Shown: in pieces, positions 1 to 12,046 of the stretch
How positions within the stretch are numbered: the first letter of the stretch is position 1
How the letters are laid out: the number at the start of each line of letters is the position of its first letter
Source: Takakia lepidozioides
Taxonomy: Eukaryota; Plantae; Bryophyta
Direction of reading: 5' to 3'
NCBI GenBank assembly: GCA_030704615.1
Contig: CM060734.1
Coordinates: 24,676,001 to 24,740,000, forward strand
Length of the DNA stretch: 64,000 nt
Program-made: the position numbers and the translations under genes
Notes under the pieces: generated by a model
The model's database searches: none
Seen by the model: the letters and a program-made list of their open reading frames with translations, nothing else
Told to the model about the DNA's origin: nothing

Positions 1-1436
1 CCTTAAAGATTTGGACACTGACTTTGAAGTAGGAGTTCTGAGCAGGAGGTTATACATTCCTCCCATTATGTGTGTATTAGAAAAAAATACCAGATGCACA
101 AGGCCTTTCTCCCACGTCTTTCCCCAACCTCTAAGAAGTAACTAACTAACTAACTACCTAACTCTCTCTCTCTCAGCTATTACTTCAGGCCTGTTTACTT
201 CTCATTTTCTTATTACCGTAACCTCTTTGGGCTACTCGGAGTGGATTCTGCCCTACTTATCACACTATGTTGGAGAAAATCAATTAACCAAAATTACTCT
301 ACTACAAGGGTGCACATGGTGTTCAAACTTTGTCTTCAGGAAACCCAGCTATTATTATAACTCCATCATGGAAAATCTTTCATATTGGAGCCTCTCACAA
401 GCAAGACAACATAAAAGAGAAGTGGGTCTATGCATGGCGTATTAGAGAAGAACACCAGTAGAACAGGAGATTGTTCCATCTATGGGCCTCTGTTGAGAGA
501 GATGCAAAAGACGTCGGGAAGTACATACATCAACTCCCGCAACTGCACGGACCACTTGTTGTCTTCCATGGCATGCTCTGCCCCAATCCAAACACCCTGA
601 GCTCTCCAACGTTGCTCCTATAGCATGCTTCATTCACTCCAACGGCATGACAAGAGCATCACAAGAACCAAGGAGTTGCATATTGGAGGTGATCCATTTT
701 GATCTTCTCCACATCGTTCAACTACAAAAGTTCATTCCATAGCCATGCTCGTCACTATTCAAGGAAACTAGCCAGAGTTCGTGCACATCGTCAATACCAT
801 CTGTCCAGACCTGCTTGCACAAACGTCGGTCCCAGTGCAGATGCAACACGATTTCTTAAAAGTTCACTAAGCTTAAGTATCTACATTCCTCTTTGGTTTC
901 CTGAGGTTGCTCCCCATCGACCCTAGCACATCGGTAACATTTGCTCGTTCTGCCATGCCCGTCTAGTTCGACCAAGTAGTGGTCCGCGTTCATCAGAACA
1001 GAAACAACATGCACCGGCGCCCAAAGGGTTTGCAAAGACTCCAAAATAGGATACGGAATAGGTCATAATAGAGTGAGATGGCATCCAATCAGGATTGGTC
1101 AAAGGCCAACTTGCACTACCTTTCCCTCCGTTACTCAAACCTTGCCAGTCTGTTCTATAAACACGCACTATTATTATTGTGCGGGCTTTGGATTATTTTA
1201 AAGTAGACATTTTTTAGAACCAAACTATAGCTTTTGTAGGTCTAATGTAGGAAAATCTACTCATTATCTTCAAAAATTCATATTATATTTGTAATAAAAT
1301 TAAAAAAATCCAAAAAAAAGAGAGTTGAGAAATAATTTACTTTTTTATATGTGGTTAAAATTTTATTGTATAACTCATATACATGTTAAAGTAACAGAGG
1401 TTTAAAATGTAGCCATCCATAATAGGGTGCCCTACC

Positions 1437-1826
1437 TTAGACCCTGTCTAACCTAGCCATACTAAGGTCCGGGGGCTGCCTATTATTGGTCCAAGAGAAT
1501 TTCAAACTATTGCGATCAAGAAGCGAGGCATCAAGGAAACCCACAGCAAAACACAAACAGTCCCAAGCAGTTTGCTCATCCATAGAAAGGGTGCTAGCAG
1601 ACTCGCCGAAGCAATCAGACGGACTTTCAACCATATTAAAGTCACCCGACATAATCCAGTATGATATATGCGGGTGATCCATAATTTTAAGCCTAATGGT
1701 GTTCCAAAAATCCGTTCTTTCTACAGCTGCGTTAGGAGCGTAGATATAGATAAAACCACAGAGGCCGAAGCTCGAGGAGGATGTAATGAATGCGCATTGT
1801 GCCCTTCCCTGAACACAAGTATCCAC
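1437..1826 (-). pseudogene. L1-type LINE apurinic-like endonuclease (APE/EEP) fragment
   Basis: Translation contains IYAPN, SGDFN, FSWTN and MARLDR, the diagnostic L1 endonuclease motifs; truncated at both ends. Confidence 0.85.
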
Positions 1827-3682
1827 GTTTTGAGAAAGGAGGAAGCTAAAGAAGGAGAAATAAGCACTGTCGTGCCATCCCGAGACTCAGCTATCGTGGG
1901 ATTCCACCAAACCGATCCTATGGTTGGCTAGTCATCAACCCAGTCTCACCATAGAAGAAACATTGGTGGTCTTGCTGGTCATCACTCCAGCCTCACCACC
2001 GACAGCATACTCTAGGATTGACCGGTGATCAAATCCGGCCTAATCCCTATGAAAGCAAGCGCCCACACAAAACCAACATGGCGCACAGTCAAGCATGCAG
2101 GTGTTGGGGGGGATCCAAACACAAGAAATCAAAACATCAACACCCCCACACCAGAAATCCATCTACAGTGCTGATCCTGCAGAATATCCCAGCCCAAAAC
2201 CCCGGACTGACTGGCCTCCGCCAAGAGAGGCTTTGGCAATTACAAGTACAAAGTAATGGAAATAGTAAAAAGATGGAGGGGAAGAATAGAGGCCCGACCA
2301 AGCAAGATCTAATCCTGATCTATGCTATCAACTGCCAGACTTCTCTCAAAGTGCCTCGCTCTGCATGATGGTAAGGTGTAGGAGGTATATCTATGTCCAA
2401 AAACTTGTTACTAACCTTATCCCAAGCTACAGTAGCTCGCTCTAACCAACCCTCCTCCTCTCTCTGCCAGGTAGAGACAAAGCAATACTCCCCTATCTCC
2501 CGCTCACTGAACAGTAAAGAAAATAAAGGTAGGGTCTGACAGTCTCTCAACTCGAAAGCTTTGAGACGGTTGCGGGTGTCCTCATTGCGAATGACTGCAT
2601 CTCCTTCAAGCAGAACAAACTTTTCATTGCTAATGAACCCCCGCTCGTGGTTGCCTTGTGTAGAGCGTGTCCGACTTCAACCATGTCTGATTGCAAAAAC
2701 TTGTGTAGCTCCTGCTCCTCTGCTCCAATACACCACGGCCTTGTGGCTGAACACCTTGGTCCCCGGGGCTGTCTTTGGCTGTGTTCCAAGCCTAGCTTCC
2801 ACCCACTTTGGTATGTCACCTACAGCTGCAGAACTGCTTGCTCCAACAGAGTTCTGACTGTCCAAAGCAATATTAAGGCCCTCAACGCCAACTATAGCAG
2901 TATGTTGTCTATTGCTAATGCCTGACTCCAAGTATGCAATCAACCCGTCCAACTGCTCTCCACTCAAATTAGTCTGAGTTCCTTGATAAACATAACTCTT
3001 GTCCCCTTGTGTGCATAGGCTAAGAGAAGAGACCTGCCCTTCAATTACGTCCTCATTTCCCCCAGCCATACAAGGAGGACATCCCCAGATTTGTCTCTCA
3101 TGTAGACCACAACAGGTTCTAGAAACAGAATTGTGGATCTTTCATAGCACACTCGCACTCAAAAAATTCCATAGATTTTTAGCAGAGTCCAAAAAAAAAA
3201 AAAAAAAACTAAAACTAAAACCAGTCTAGATAGGTAGATTTCCCCTTTCTGCAACTATCCCCCCAAAAACTGAGTCAAACGGAGTCCATTTGACAAAGAT
3301 ATGACCAATTAGGCTCTAAATCATTTAAATTAGATCAAAAGGGTTTTTTTATTTTTATTTTTTAACACCAAAACGTTCTCGCCATTAAAAACTGCTCCCA
3401 AGTCACCTACGAGTTCCCAACATGTCCATGTAGTTCTCACAGATTCCCTGGATTTCACCTACAGGTGTTTCAAACATACACCGGTGAACTGCTCTGCTCC
3501 AGCCAAGATCTGTAGTTATGCCGACTCCGGGGCTTTGATCCTTCACGCTTGTATCATTCTAAACCAAGTAGCTCCCTGACCCAAGCTCGTATCAACAGTA
3601 TACACCTCTGCTCAACAGGCTTAGCAACCCATAGGCTACTTATCCCCAACCTCTACACTCTAGTGAAACAGGATCAGGCCAA

Positions 3683-5267
3683 GATGAGCAACGAAGAAGA
3701 AGGCTCTGCTCAGCTGAGCCCAATTGAAGAAGACGAAGAGGTCAGTGACATGCACGTCTCCGATTAGCCATACTGCTTTGACGACCAAGTACTGCAACCC
3801 AAGCCCGCCCGAGACCAGATCGAGACCACCAACGGAAGAGGTCAACTCGCCCCAGGAAATGAGATCGTCTAGGGCCGATTTCTCTCCCCAACGTGGAGCC
3901 CCTCCGCCTGTAGTATCCAGCATGCCAGCAAGGACGGCTCACACCAGCCCCAACCTCAAACGACTTTCTAGCACAGCCAACAGTGACGAAGGCAGCTCGC
4001 ACTCCGAACCCAAGAGATCCAGGGGCCCCCCCCTCAAACGAGCATCCGCCAATTCTCGAAGGCACTACCTCCTAGCCCACGCCACAACTGTGGATGGGCT
4101 ATCAGGTCCTCCAACAACATGCGTTGGACATGGAACTACCCATAATCAAGAAGATGCGATCCACCGCGGAGCTCCGACAGCTCGGGCTAAAAACCTCCAA
4201 GATCCATGAACTTAGGTACTGCTTGAAAGCTTTCCCCTACGTACCACAATTATATTTCCCTTCCACTAGACCAGATGGGAAGGATGGGTAGCTATACCCA
4301 CTCACCCAGCTTCCCAAGGGCACGAACATCGACCCCGAATCGGGCTTGTCTTCAACACCACCTCACATAATCATACGATTTGACAAGGATACAGACATGC
4401 CCAAGGAGCAGGCCCTATACTGTGCAAAGAAAAGGTTCGCAGATATGAACATCCCCTTGGGGACTGTTATGTACTCCCCAATCACGGCATACAAAAAAAA
4501 CGCATGCTGGAAATGGGAGTCCGCATCGACCACACCCTCATCAGGCCGCAGCTGCGTACCCGCCGAGGCAGCATGACGGGTCTTGCCGCCACCCCCCAGG
4601 AGATAGTGGCAGAGAGGGATGCACTTACGCTTGTTGTAAAAAGCTTGGACCCGTTACACTCCCAGGACGTTACAGAAGCTGCTCTCAGGGAGGCCTTCGG
4701 CAAAGATAACATCATTCAAGTCTACTTCAATAAAATCGCCCCAATGGAGAAAACCAAACACTCACATGGCCCTCATCACCTGCAAGAATCCAGCATATAC
4801 ATACAGTGGTGTAACAAGCCCCCGACACAGGTGCTAGGCAGCTGGTGAAATTTGAGCCACACACGAATAGACTGAACGGCTCAGCACTCCCTGCCAACGG
4901 AAGTTTGGAGCGCCTCCGAGTCGCCAATATAAATCAAGCCCAGTCAGCCAAAATGGGGGTTTCTGCCCAATGGCCCTTCTCGCGTTGCAGCATGAGGGCC
5001 CTCATAAACTGAGCACTGCAGGCCTCCTTGGCACTCAGCCTGCACCCATGCCTGGGAGACAAGGGCCCCCCGAGTGCCGTGAATCACCATGGACCCAAGA
5101 GAGTCTCCAGAACACCTGCAGGCCACCTATGGGCGATTATTGTTGGCTTTGAACTGCTGCAGCAATACTTTGAATGGTTTCCGCCTTCCTGTTCTGCTCC
5201 ACTCGGTACACATAGCCAATCTAACGACAGGCTCCCCGTGACCAAGCTATATTATAATAGTGCTTAA
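3683..5267 (+). pseudogene. Frameshifted remnant of a large ORF, probably the 5' part of a retroelement (unassigned)
   Basis: Chain of overlapping + strand ORFs (3549-4209, 4094-4291, 4346-4576, 4504-4848) with an acidic/Ser-Pro-rich N-terminus followed by globular-looking segments; no diagnostic motif recognised. Confidence 0.3.
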
Positions 5268-5666
5268 AAACAGAGACATCATATCTAGCTTAGCACTAGA
5301 AAACTAGATAGAACATCTCTCTCGAGTGATAAGAGAACTAAACTCACACTGTTGACACAAGGACATGAAATACAACACCATCACTCGTTAAACTAAGAGC
5401 CAAGCCAGGGGCACCCCAAGCTATGGGGACTCCACCCCACAACATCCTATTCTCCCTTCATAAGCACACTCAGATTCTAAGCAGTGAAGGAGATCGGTTG
5501 CGCAGGCTCAACTCGAGAGAGATGAGCCGCACGACTGACGCTCTCGTGAAGATAAGACGGTTCAGGTGTCAAACTAAACTTGATACCTGACTTAACACTT
5601 GAACTAAATCCAAGTGTTAAATACAAATAACTAGATTTATTCTAGTTAGTTTCACACTGTGTTTAT

Positions 5667-8600
5667 TTAACTTGACATGGCGGTCATCTCTTTCTGGATG
5701 TGACTCTCAACACCCTTTGCTATCCTTCTCTCCTCAGGGGTAGAGCTGTAGTATTCTAGTTTGCCACGCTCTCCTGCATCAGCAATGTCTTGCTGCAAGG
5801 GAATGCATGAGAGTTGCATCAATCCAAGGGTAAGGGAAACAAATAGAAACAAACATGTGGAAGCAGGAATATCGAAAGGCCAAATGATGGAAGATGTATC
5901 TCACCACGTACATATACTCCATGAAAGCCTCACGGGTCAACGAGTACCACGTTTCTGATGTCTTGGAGCTTTCGCACTTCTTGTACGTCCCTGCTGAAAG
6001 GATGGTCTTGAAGTTGGTCAAGGGCATCTGCCCGATCCTTTGTATCATGTACAGTGTGTGAACCAGACTCATTTTGACATGCGATTTCTCCGTCCCTCTG
6101 CAGAATGATGTCTGAAAGCCAGAATGAAATTCAAGGACCGTCAACAGAGGACTGGAACCAAAGAACCATGGAACCACAAGTGGAACATGTAGAATGAGAA
6201 ACCAACCTGTTCACATCATTCATTGCCGTCAGAAGACCCATCATGTTCCCGTCACAATCCAGCACCATCGATCGAACAGAGTAATGTCACTCTTCCTCCT
6301 TTGAGTGCAGCCTCCCAATGACAGCCATCCCTGCAAGCAACCGGTGGTTGCCATCCCAAACGTGAAACATCTTCCCTGAGAATGTCTGGGTGGAAGGTTT
6401 CCTGGAGAGAAGAAGTTCGAAGGATTCGTTCACCTGTCTCCAAATGGGATCCCAGGAGTCCATGATTGACTCATCCACAAGGAGCTCATTGCCTCTGGAA
6501 TCCCTTGTAGAAACGTAAAAGACTGCGGAACCATCCAAATACCCATGAACAAACTCGGCCTCCAGCTTCAAGATGTCCTTGATGAGGGGTGGACGAGCGA
6601 CGGGCATGGAAACCAACCTACACAGGGGAATCTTCAACCTCCCACCCGGGGCAAGCATACTTTGCACCACAAGCTGAGAGTTTACCTTCAGACCCCCCAG
6701 CATCTCAGCGGCTTTGCTTTCATAGAACTCATCGTCCACATCAACAATGATCTCCTTCCCCTGCCCCGAAGGGATCTCATCCGCCACACTTTGCATCTTC
6801 TCCTGCAGGGTTGTTCATTCAAATTGATATAAGAGAGAGGCATGAAACGATGGTGTTTTGAGCATGGCAGACAGGCCCTGTGTGGCCCAATTTCTCATCA
6901 GAAAACAAGCATTGTGGGGGCCGAAAACACTGTGCGTTGCTGCACAATGTTTTAGCTTCCAAATAGTGGTGTTTTGAAAATGATATTTGGCCCTATGTGA
7001 CACATTTCTACCAAAAAAACAGGCAGAGAGGGGGCCAAAAAGGGGGCACAAACAGTGTGCGTTGCCGCACACTCTTCGTGCTTCCAACTATGGGAGTTTT
7101 GAGCATGCATACTGGCCCTGTTTGGCCCAATTTCACATAGAAAAACAAGCAGAGAGGGGGCTCAAAACAGTGTGCATTGCCACACACTGTTTGAGCTTCC
7201 AATAAGGGTTGGATTCAACCTGCCAGAGTGGCCCTAGGTGCCCGATTTTTACATCAAAAAACAAGCAGATAAGGGGGCTCAAACAGTGTGCGTTGCCGCA
7301 CATTGTTTGAGGTTGCAATAAGGTGTGATTTTAACATGGCATAGTGGCCATGAGTGGCCGATTTTGAAATAAAAGAAAAGCCAGTGAAGGGGGCTCAAAC
7401 AGTGTGCATTGGCGCACACTGTTTGAGCTTCCATTTCCGGGTGGATTCAACCTGCCAGACTGGCCCTAGGTGCACAATTTTCATGTCCAAAAACAAGCAA
7501 ATCAGGGGGCTCAAACAGTGTGCGTTCACGCACATTATTTGGGCTGCCAGGTAAGTGTGAATTGAACCTGACAGAGATGACCTTTGTGGTCGATTCTAAA
7601 ATGAAAAAAAAATATCAAGTGTGGGCTCAAACAGTGTGCAATGCCACACACTGTTTGAGCTTCCAAAAAGGGGTGGAATGAACCTTAGAGAGAGGCGATT
7701 GTGTGAACGATTTTCACATTAAAGAAACAATTACAAGGGGGGCTCAAACAGTGGCAGGTTAGTGTGGATTGAACCTCACAGAGATACCCTGTCTGGACGA
7801 TTTTATTATGAAAAAAACAATGAGAAGGGGGGCTCAAACAGTGTGCGTTGGCGCACACTGTTTGAGTTTTGAAATAGAGGTGGATTGAACCAGACAGATA
7901 GGCCCCTGTGTGCACTATTTATACACCCAAAAACAAGGCAAACGGGGGGCTCAAACAGTGTGCATTGCCGCACACTGTTTGAGCTTCCAATTCAGGGTGG
8001 ATTCAACCTACCAGATTGGCCCTACGTGCCCGATTTTCACATGAAGGAACAAGCTAAAAAGGGGGCTCAAACAGTGTGCGTTGCCACACACTGTTTGAGC
8101 TTCCAAATAGGGGTGGAATGGACCTGCCAGAGTGGCCCTATGTGGCCGATTTACACATGAAAAAAACAATCACAAGGGGGGCTCAAACAGTGTGCGTTGA
8201 CGCACACTGTTTGAGCTGCCAGGAAATTGTTCATTGAACCTCACACAGATACCCTGTCTGGACAATTTTATTATGAAAAAAAACAATCACAAAGGGGGGC
8301 TCAAACTGTGTGCGTTGGCGCACACTGTTTGAGCTGCCACAAAATTGTTCATTGAACCTCAGAGAGATACCCTGTCTGGACGATTTTATTATGAAAAAAA
8401 CAATGAGAAGGGGGGCTCAAACAGTGTGCGTTGGTGCACACTGTTTGAGCTTCGAATTAGGGGTGGATTGAACCAGACAGAGAGGCCCCTGTGTGCACCA
8501 TTTCCACACCAAAAAACAAGGCACAAGGGGGGCTCAAACAGTGTGCGTTGACGCACACTATTTGAGCTTCCAATTCGGGGTGGATTGAACCTGCCAGAGT

Positions 8601-11120
8601 GGCCCTATGTGGCCATTTTGAACATGAAAAAACAAGAAAAATGGGGGGCTCAAACAGTGTGCGGTGCCGCACACTGTTTGAGCTTCCAATTTGGGGTGGA
8701 TTGAACCTGCCAGAGTGGCCCTATGTGGCCGTTTTGAACATGAAAAAACAAGAAAAATGGGGGGCTCAAACAGTGTGCGGTGCCGCACACTGTTTGAGCT
8801 TCCAATTCGGGGTGGATTGAACCTGCCAGAGTGGCCCTATGTGACCGATTTTCAAATGAAGAAAACAATGTGAAGATGGGCTCAAACAGTGTGCGTTGAC
8901 GCACACTTTTTGAACTGCCAGGTAAGTGTGCGTTGAAGCTCAAAGAGATGCCCTATGTGGCCGATTTTCAAATGAAAAAAACAATGACAAGGTGGGTTCA
9001 AACAGTGTGCGTTGATGCACACTGTTTGAGCTGCCAGGTAAGTGTGCATTGAACCTCAAAGACATGCCCTATGTGGCCGATTTTCAAATGAAAAAAACAA
9101 TGACAAGGTGGGCTCAAACAGTTTGCGATGACGCACACTGTTTGAGCTGCCAGGTAAGTGTGCATTCAACCTCAATGACATCCCCTATGTGGCCGATTTT
9201 CAAATGAAAAAAACAATGACAAGGTGGGCTCAAACAGTATGCGTTGAGGCACACTGTTTGAGCTGCCAGGTAAGTGTGCATTGAACCTCAAAGACATGCC
9301 CTATGTGGCCGATTTTCACATGAAAAAAACAATGACAAGGTGGGCTCAAACAGTGTGTGTTGATGCACACTGTTTGAGCTGCCAGGTAAGTGTGCATTGA
9401 ACCTCAAAGACATGCCCTATGTGGCCGATTTTCACATGAAAAAAACAATGACAAGGTGGGCTCAAACAGTTTGCGATGACGCACACTGTTTGAGCTGCCA
9501 GGTAAGTGTGCATTGAGCCTCAAAGACATCCCCTATGTGGCCGATTTTCAAATGAAAAAAACAATTTACAAGGTGGGCTCAAACAGTATGCGTTGAGGCA
9601 CACTGTTTGAGTTGCCAGGTAAGTGTGCATTGAACCTCAAAGACATGCCCTATGTGGCCGATTTTCACGTGAAAAAAACAATGACAAGGTGGGCTCAAAC
9701 TGTTTGCGTTGAGGCACACTGTTTGAGCTGCTAGGTAAGTGTGCATTGAACCTCAAAGACATGCCCTATGTGGCCGATTTTCACATGAAAAAAACAATGA
9801 CAAGGTGGGCTCAAACTGTGTGCGTTGATGCACACTGTTTGAGCTGCTAGGTAAGTGTGCATTGAACCTCAAAGACATGCCCTATGTGGCCGATTTTCAC
9901 ATGAAAAAAACAATGACAAGGTGGGCTCAAACTGTGTGCGTTGATGCACACTGTTTGAGCTGCCAGGTAAGTGTGCATTGAACCTCAAAGACAGCCCCTA
10001 TGTGGCTGATTTTCAGATGAAAAAACCAATGACACGGTGGGCTCAAACAATGTGCGTTGACGCACACTGTTTGAGCTGCCAGGTAAGTGTGCATTGAACC
10101 TCAAAGACATGCCCTATGTGGCCGATTTGCACATGAAAAAAACAATGACAAGGTGGGCTCAAACAGTGTGCATTGATGCACACTGTTTGAGCTGCCAGGT
10201 AAGTGTGCATTGAACCTCAAAGACATGCCCTATGCGGCCGATTTTCACATGATAAAAACAATGACAAGGTGGGCTCAAACAGTGTGCGTTGACGCACACT
10301 GCTGGAGCTGCCAGGAAATTGTTGATTGAACCTCATAGAGATACCCTGTCTGGACGATTTTATTGTGAAAAAAACAGATAGAAGGGGGGCTCGAACAGTG
10401 TGCGTTGGCGCACACTATTTGAGCTTCGAAATAGGGGTGGATTGAACCGGACAAAAAGGCCCCTGTGTGCACCATTTCCACACCAAAAAATAAGGCATAA
10501 GGGGGGCTCAAACAGTGTGCGTTGCCGCACACTGTTTGAGCTTCCAATTTGGGGTGGATTCAACCTGCCAGAGATGTCGTGTGTAGGCTATTTTCAAATC
10601 AAAATACAAGCACAACTGGGGTCCACATCACCAATGAAGCACAAAGGTGGGTCTCAAACATTGTACCTTTTTTTTGGCTGCTCCAGAAGACTCCCCAATC
10701 GCCGGGGACCCTTTGCGCTTCAGACTGCTCTGTACGCCGAGCATGTTCTGGAGCATCACCCCCATCCTCTTTTCCACTATCTGCTTCTTTGTGAGTCTAG
10801 CATCAACATCATCTTCGGCGTCCGACTCTCCTTCGGATGCAGTCTCCTCCTCACCTGTTCTCGGAAGTATGGCGGGCTGCTGTTCTTCTCCAGAATTCGG
10901 CTCTTCCATCGCCAAACTTTCCTCTTTGCCCTCTTCTTCCTCTTTTCCCTCTTCGTCTACTCTTTCCATCCTCATTCTATGTCTGGCTCTATTCCCGTCC
11001 CTAGTGCTCGTGAAGTATAACGACTTCCTTCTCTTCCTCCTCCGGTGGAAACAAGGGCTCCCCACGCTGCCTCTAGAGCTCTCCAGTTTGACGTTTGCAA
11101 CAAGGGTTGCTTTGGCATGT
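5667..11120 (-). pseudogene. Multi-exon ParB/Sulfiredoxin-like domain gene carried by MULE element A, degenerate and 3'-truncated
   Basis: An acidic/basic exon (ending AAKKK at 10667, GT donor 10666-10665) splices in phase 0 to an exon starting at 6802 (CTGCAG acceptor; EKMQSV...). That exon carries FHVWDGNHRLLA, the ParB/Srx-type DGxHR motif. Further exons lie near 6098-5907 and 5791-5667. In-frame TGA at 6287-6289. Confidence 0.7.
6860..10575. repeat. Tandem array of ca. 32 x 116-bp units, each with a ca. 36-bp palindrome (GCTCAAACAGTGTGC-N-GCACACTGTTTGAGC)
   Basis: GGCTCAAA recurs at 9111, 9227 and 9343 (period 116). Palindrome arms are conserved, the centre varies (gttgac/gttgcc/gttgat/ggtgcc) and the spacers are homologous to each other. 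Confidence 0.97.
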
Positions 11121-12046
11121 AACCAAAATAAAAATTGGACATTGTTAACCGTATTTGGATGCGGGTGTCATCATTGTGTGCGAATGGAATTCATCCATTT
11201 CGGCGTCTTTGTATTATCCAAGAAATAAAGTGGTGGAAAAAAAGTAGATCCGTTGCATGTACTTGTGATATATGTCAGATGTACTTCGCCACCTGCCAAT
11301 ACATGGCAGCCTTCTTGCATTCTTTCAAATTCGGAAGTGCCGTAGAAATCTAATGCTAGTTCAATTTCGAGCAGTACTTGCAGATTCGCAATAATTGTTA
11401 TGCTTCACATATGCATCCACGTGTGTTGTACTGCCTACCTTGCGGTTTGCATTTTGCCGTCACCGTCGCAATGGAGTCATTCGGTATAAAAGGTTGTGTC
11501 GGCAATGGTCATGTGTTGCACACATTCGTGCGAGGTGTCTCCCGGAGTGTTAGTGTTTGTGTTGTGCTCTTCTGGCACAGCACAACCTCATTAGATTCGG
11601 GGTCTTCCTATTTACTGCTCTCCAGGGTTGTTGCCGTCTTTCCATAATGGATGGTTTCATGTCATGTTCAGGGTTTGTTTTTCATCCAAATACAACACGG
11701 CTTCTTGTGGCTTCTTGTCTTAAAAAACAGTTTTTCTGGTTGGTGTCTATCAGTGTGGCTGTCTGCGAAGTTCGGTGCATGTCATTCCTACATCCTTTGC
11801 ATGCATCGCCCGCAATCTTTGGGTCAGTGCTACCCTTATTGACCTCAGTTTGTTTGGGGTGGATCCCCTTTCGAGAATTACGGGCTATCAGTTCGGGGAT
11901 TCCGTTGTGAATCGCAACTCTCGGTCAGTGTAGGAAAACATGTCCAGAGAGCGAGATAGACTCGCTCGATTTCATTCCAATGTAGGTAGTTTCCACTAAC
12001 TGCCACTGCAGATGACGATGGGTTTGCAGTTGTTCATGAGGATGAG

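Noticed and set aside
227-1168. Short ORFs at the window start
   Set aside because: No recognisable motif or consistent exon structure.
6815-10563. Many short ORFs across the 116-bp array
   Set aside because: By-products of the repeat on both strands; the region is predicted to be intronic.
6860-10575. CRISPR array (ca. 36-bp palindromic repeats at regular spacing)
   Set aside because: Spacers are ca. 80 bp and homologous to each other, there are no cas genes, and the context is eukaryotic; it is a tandem repeat.
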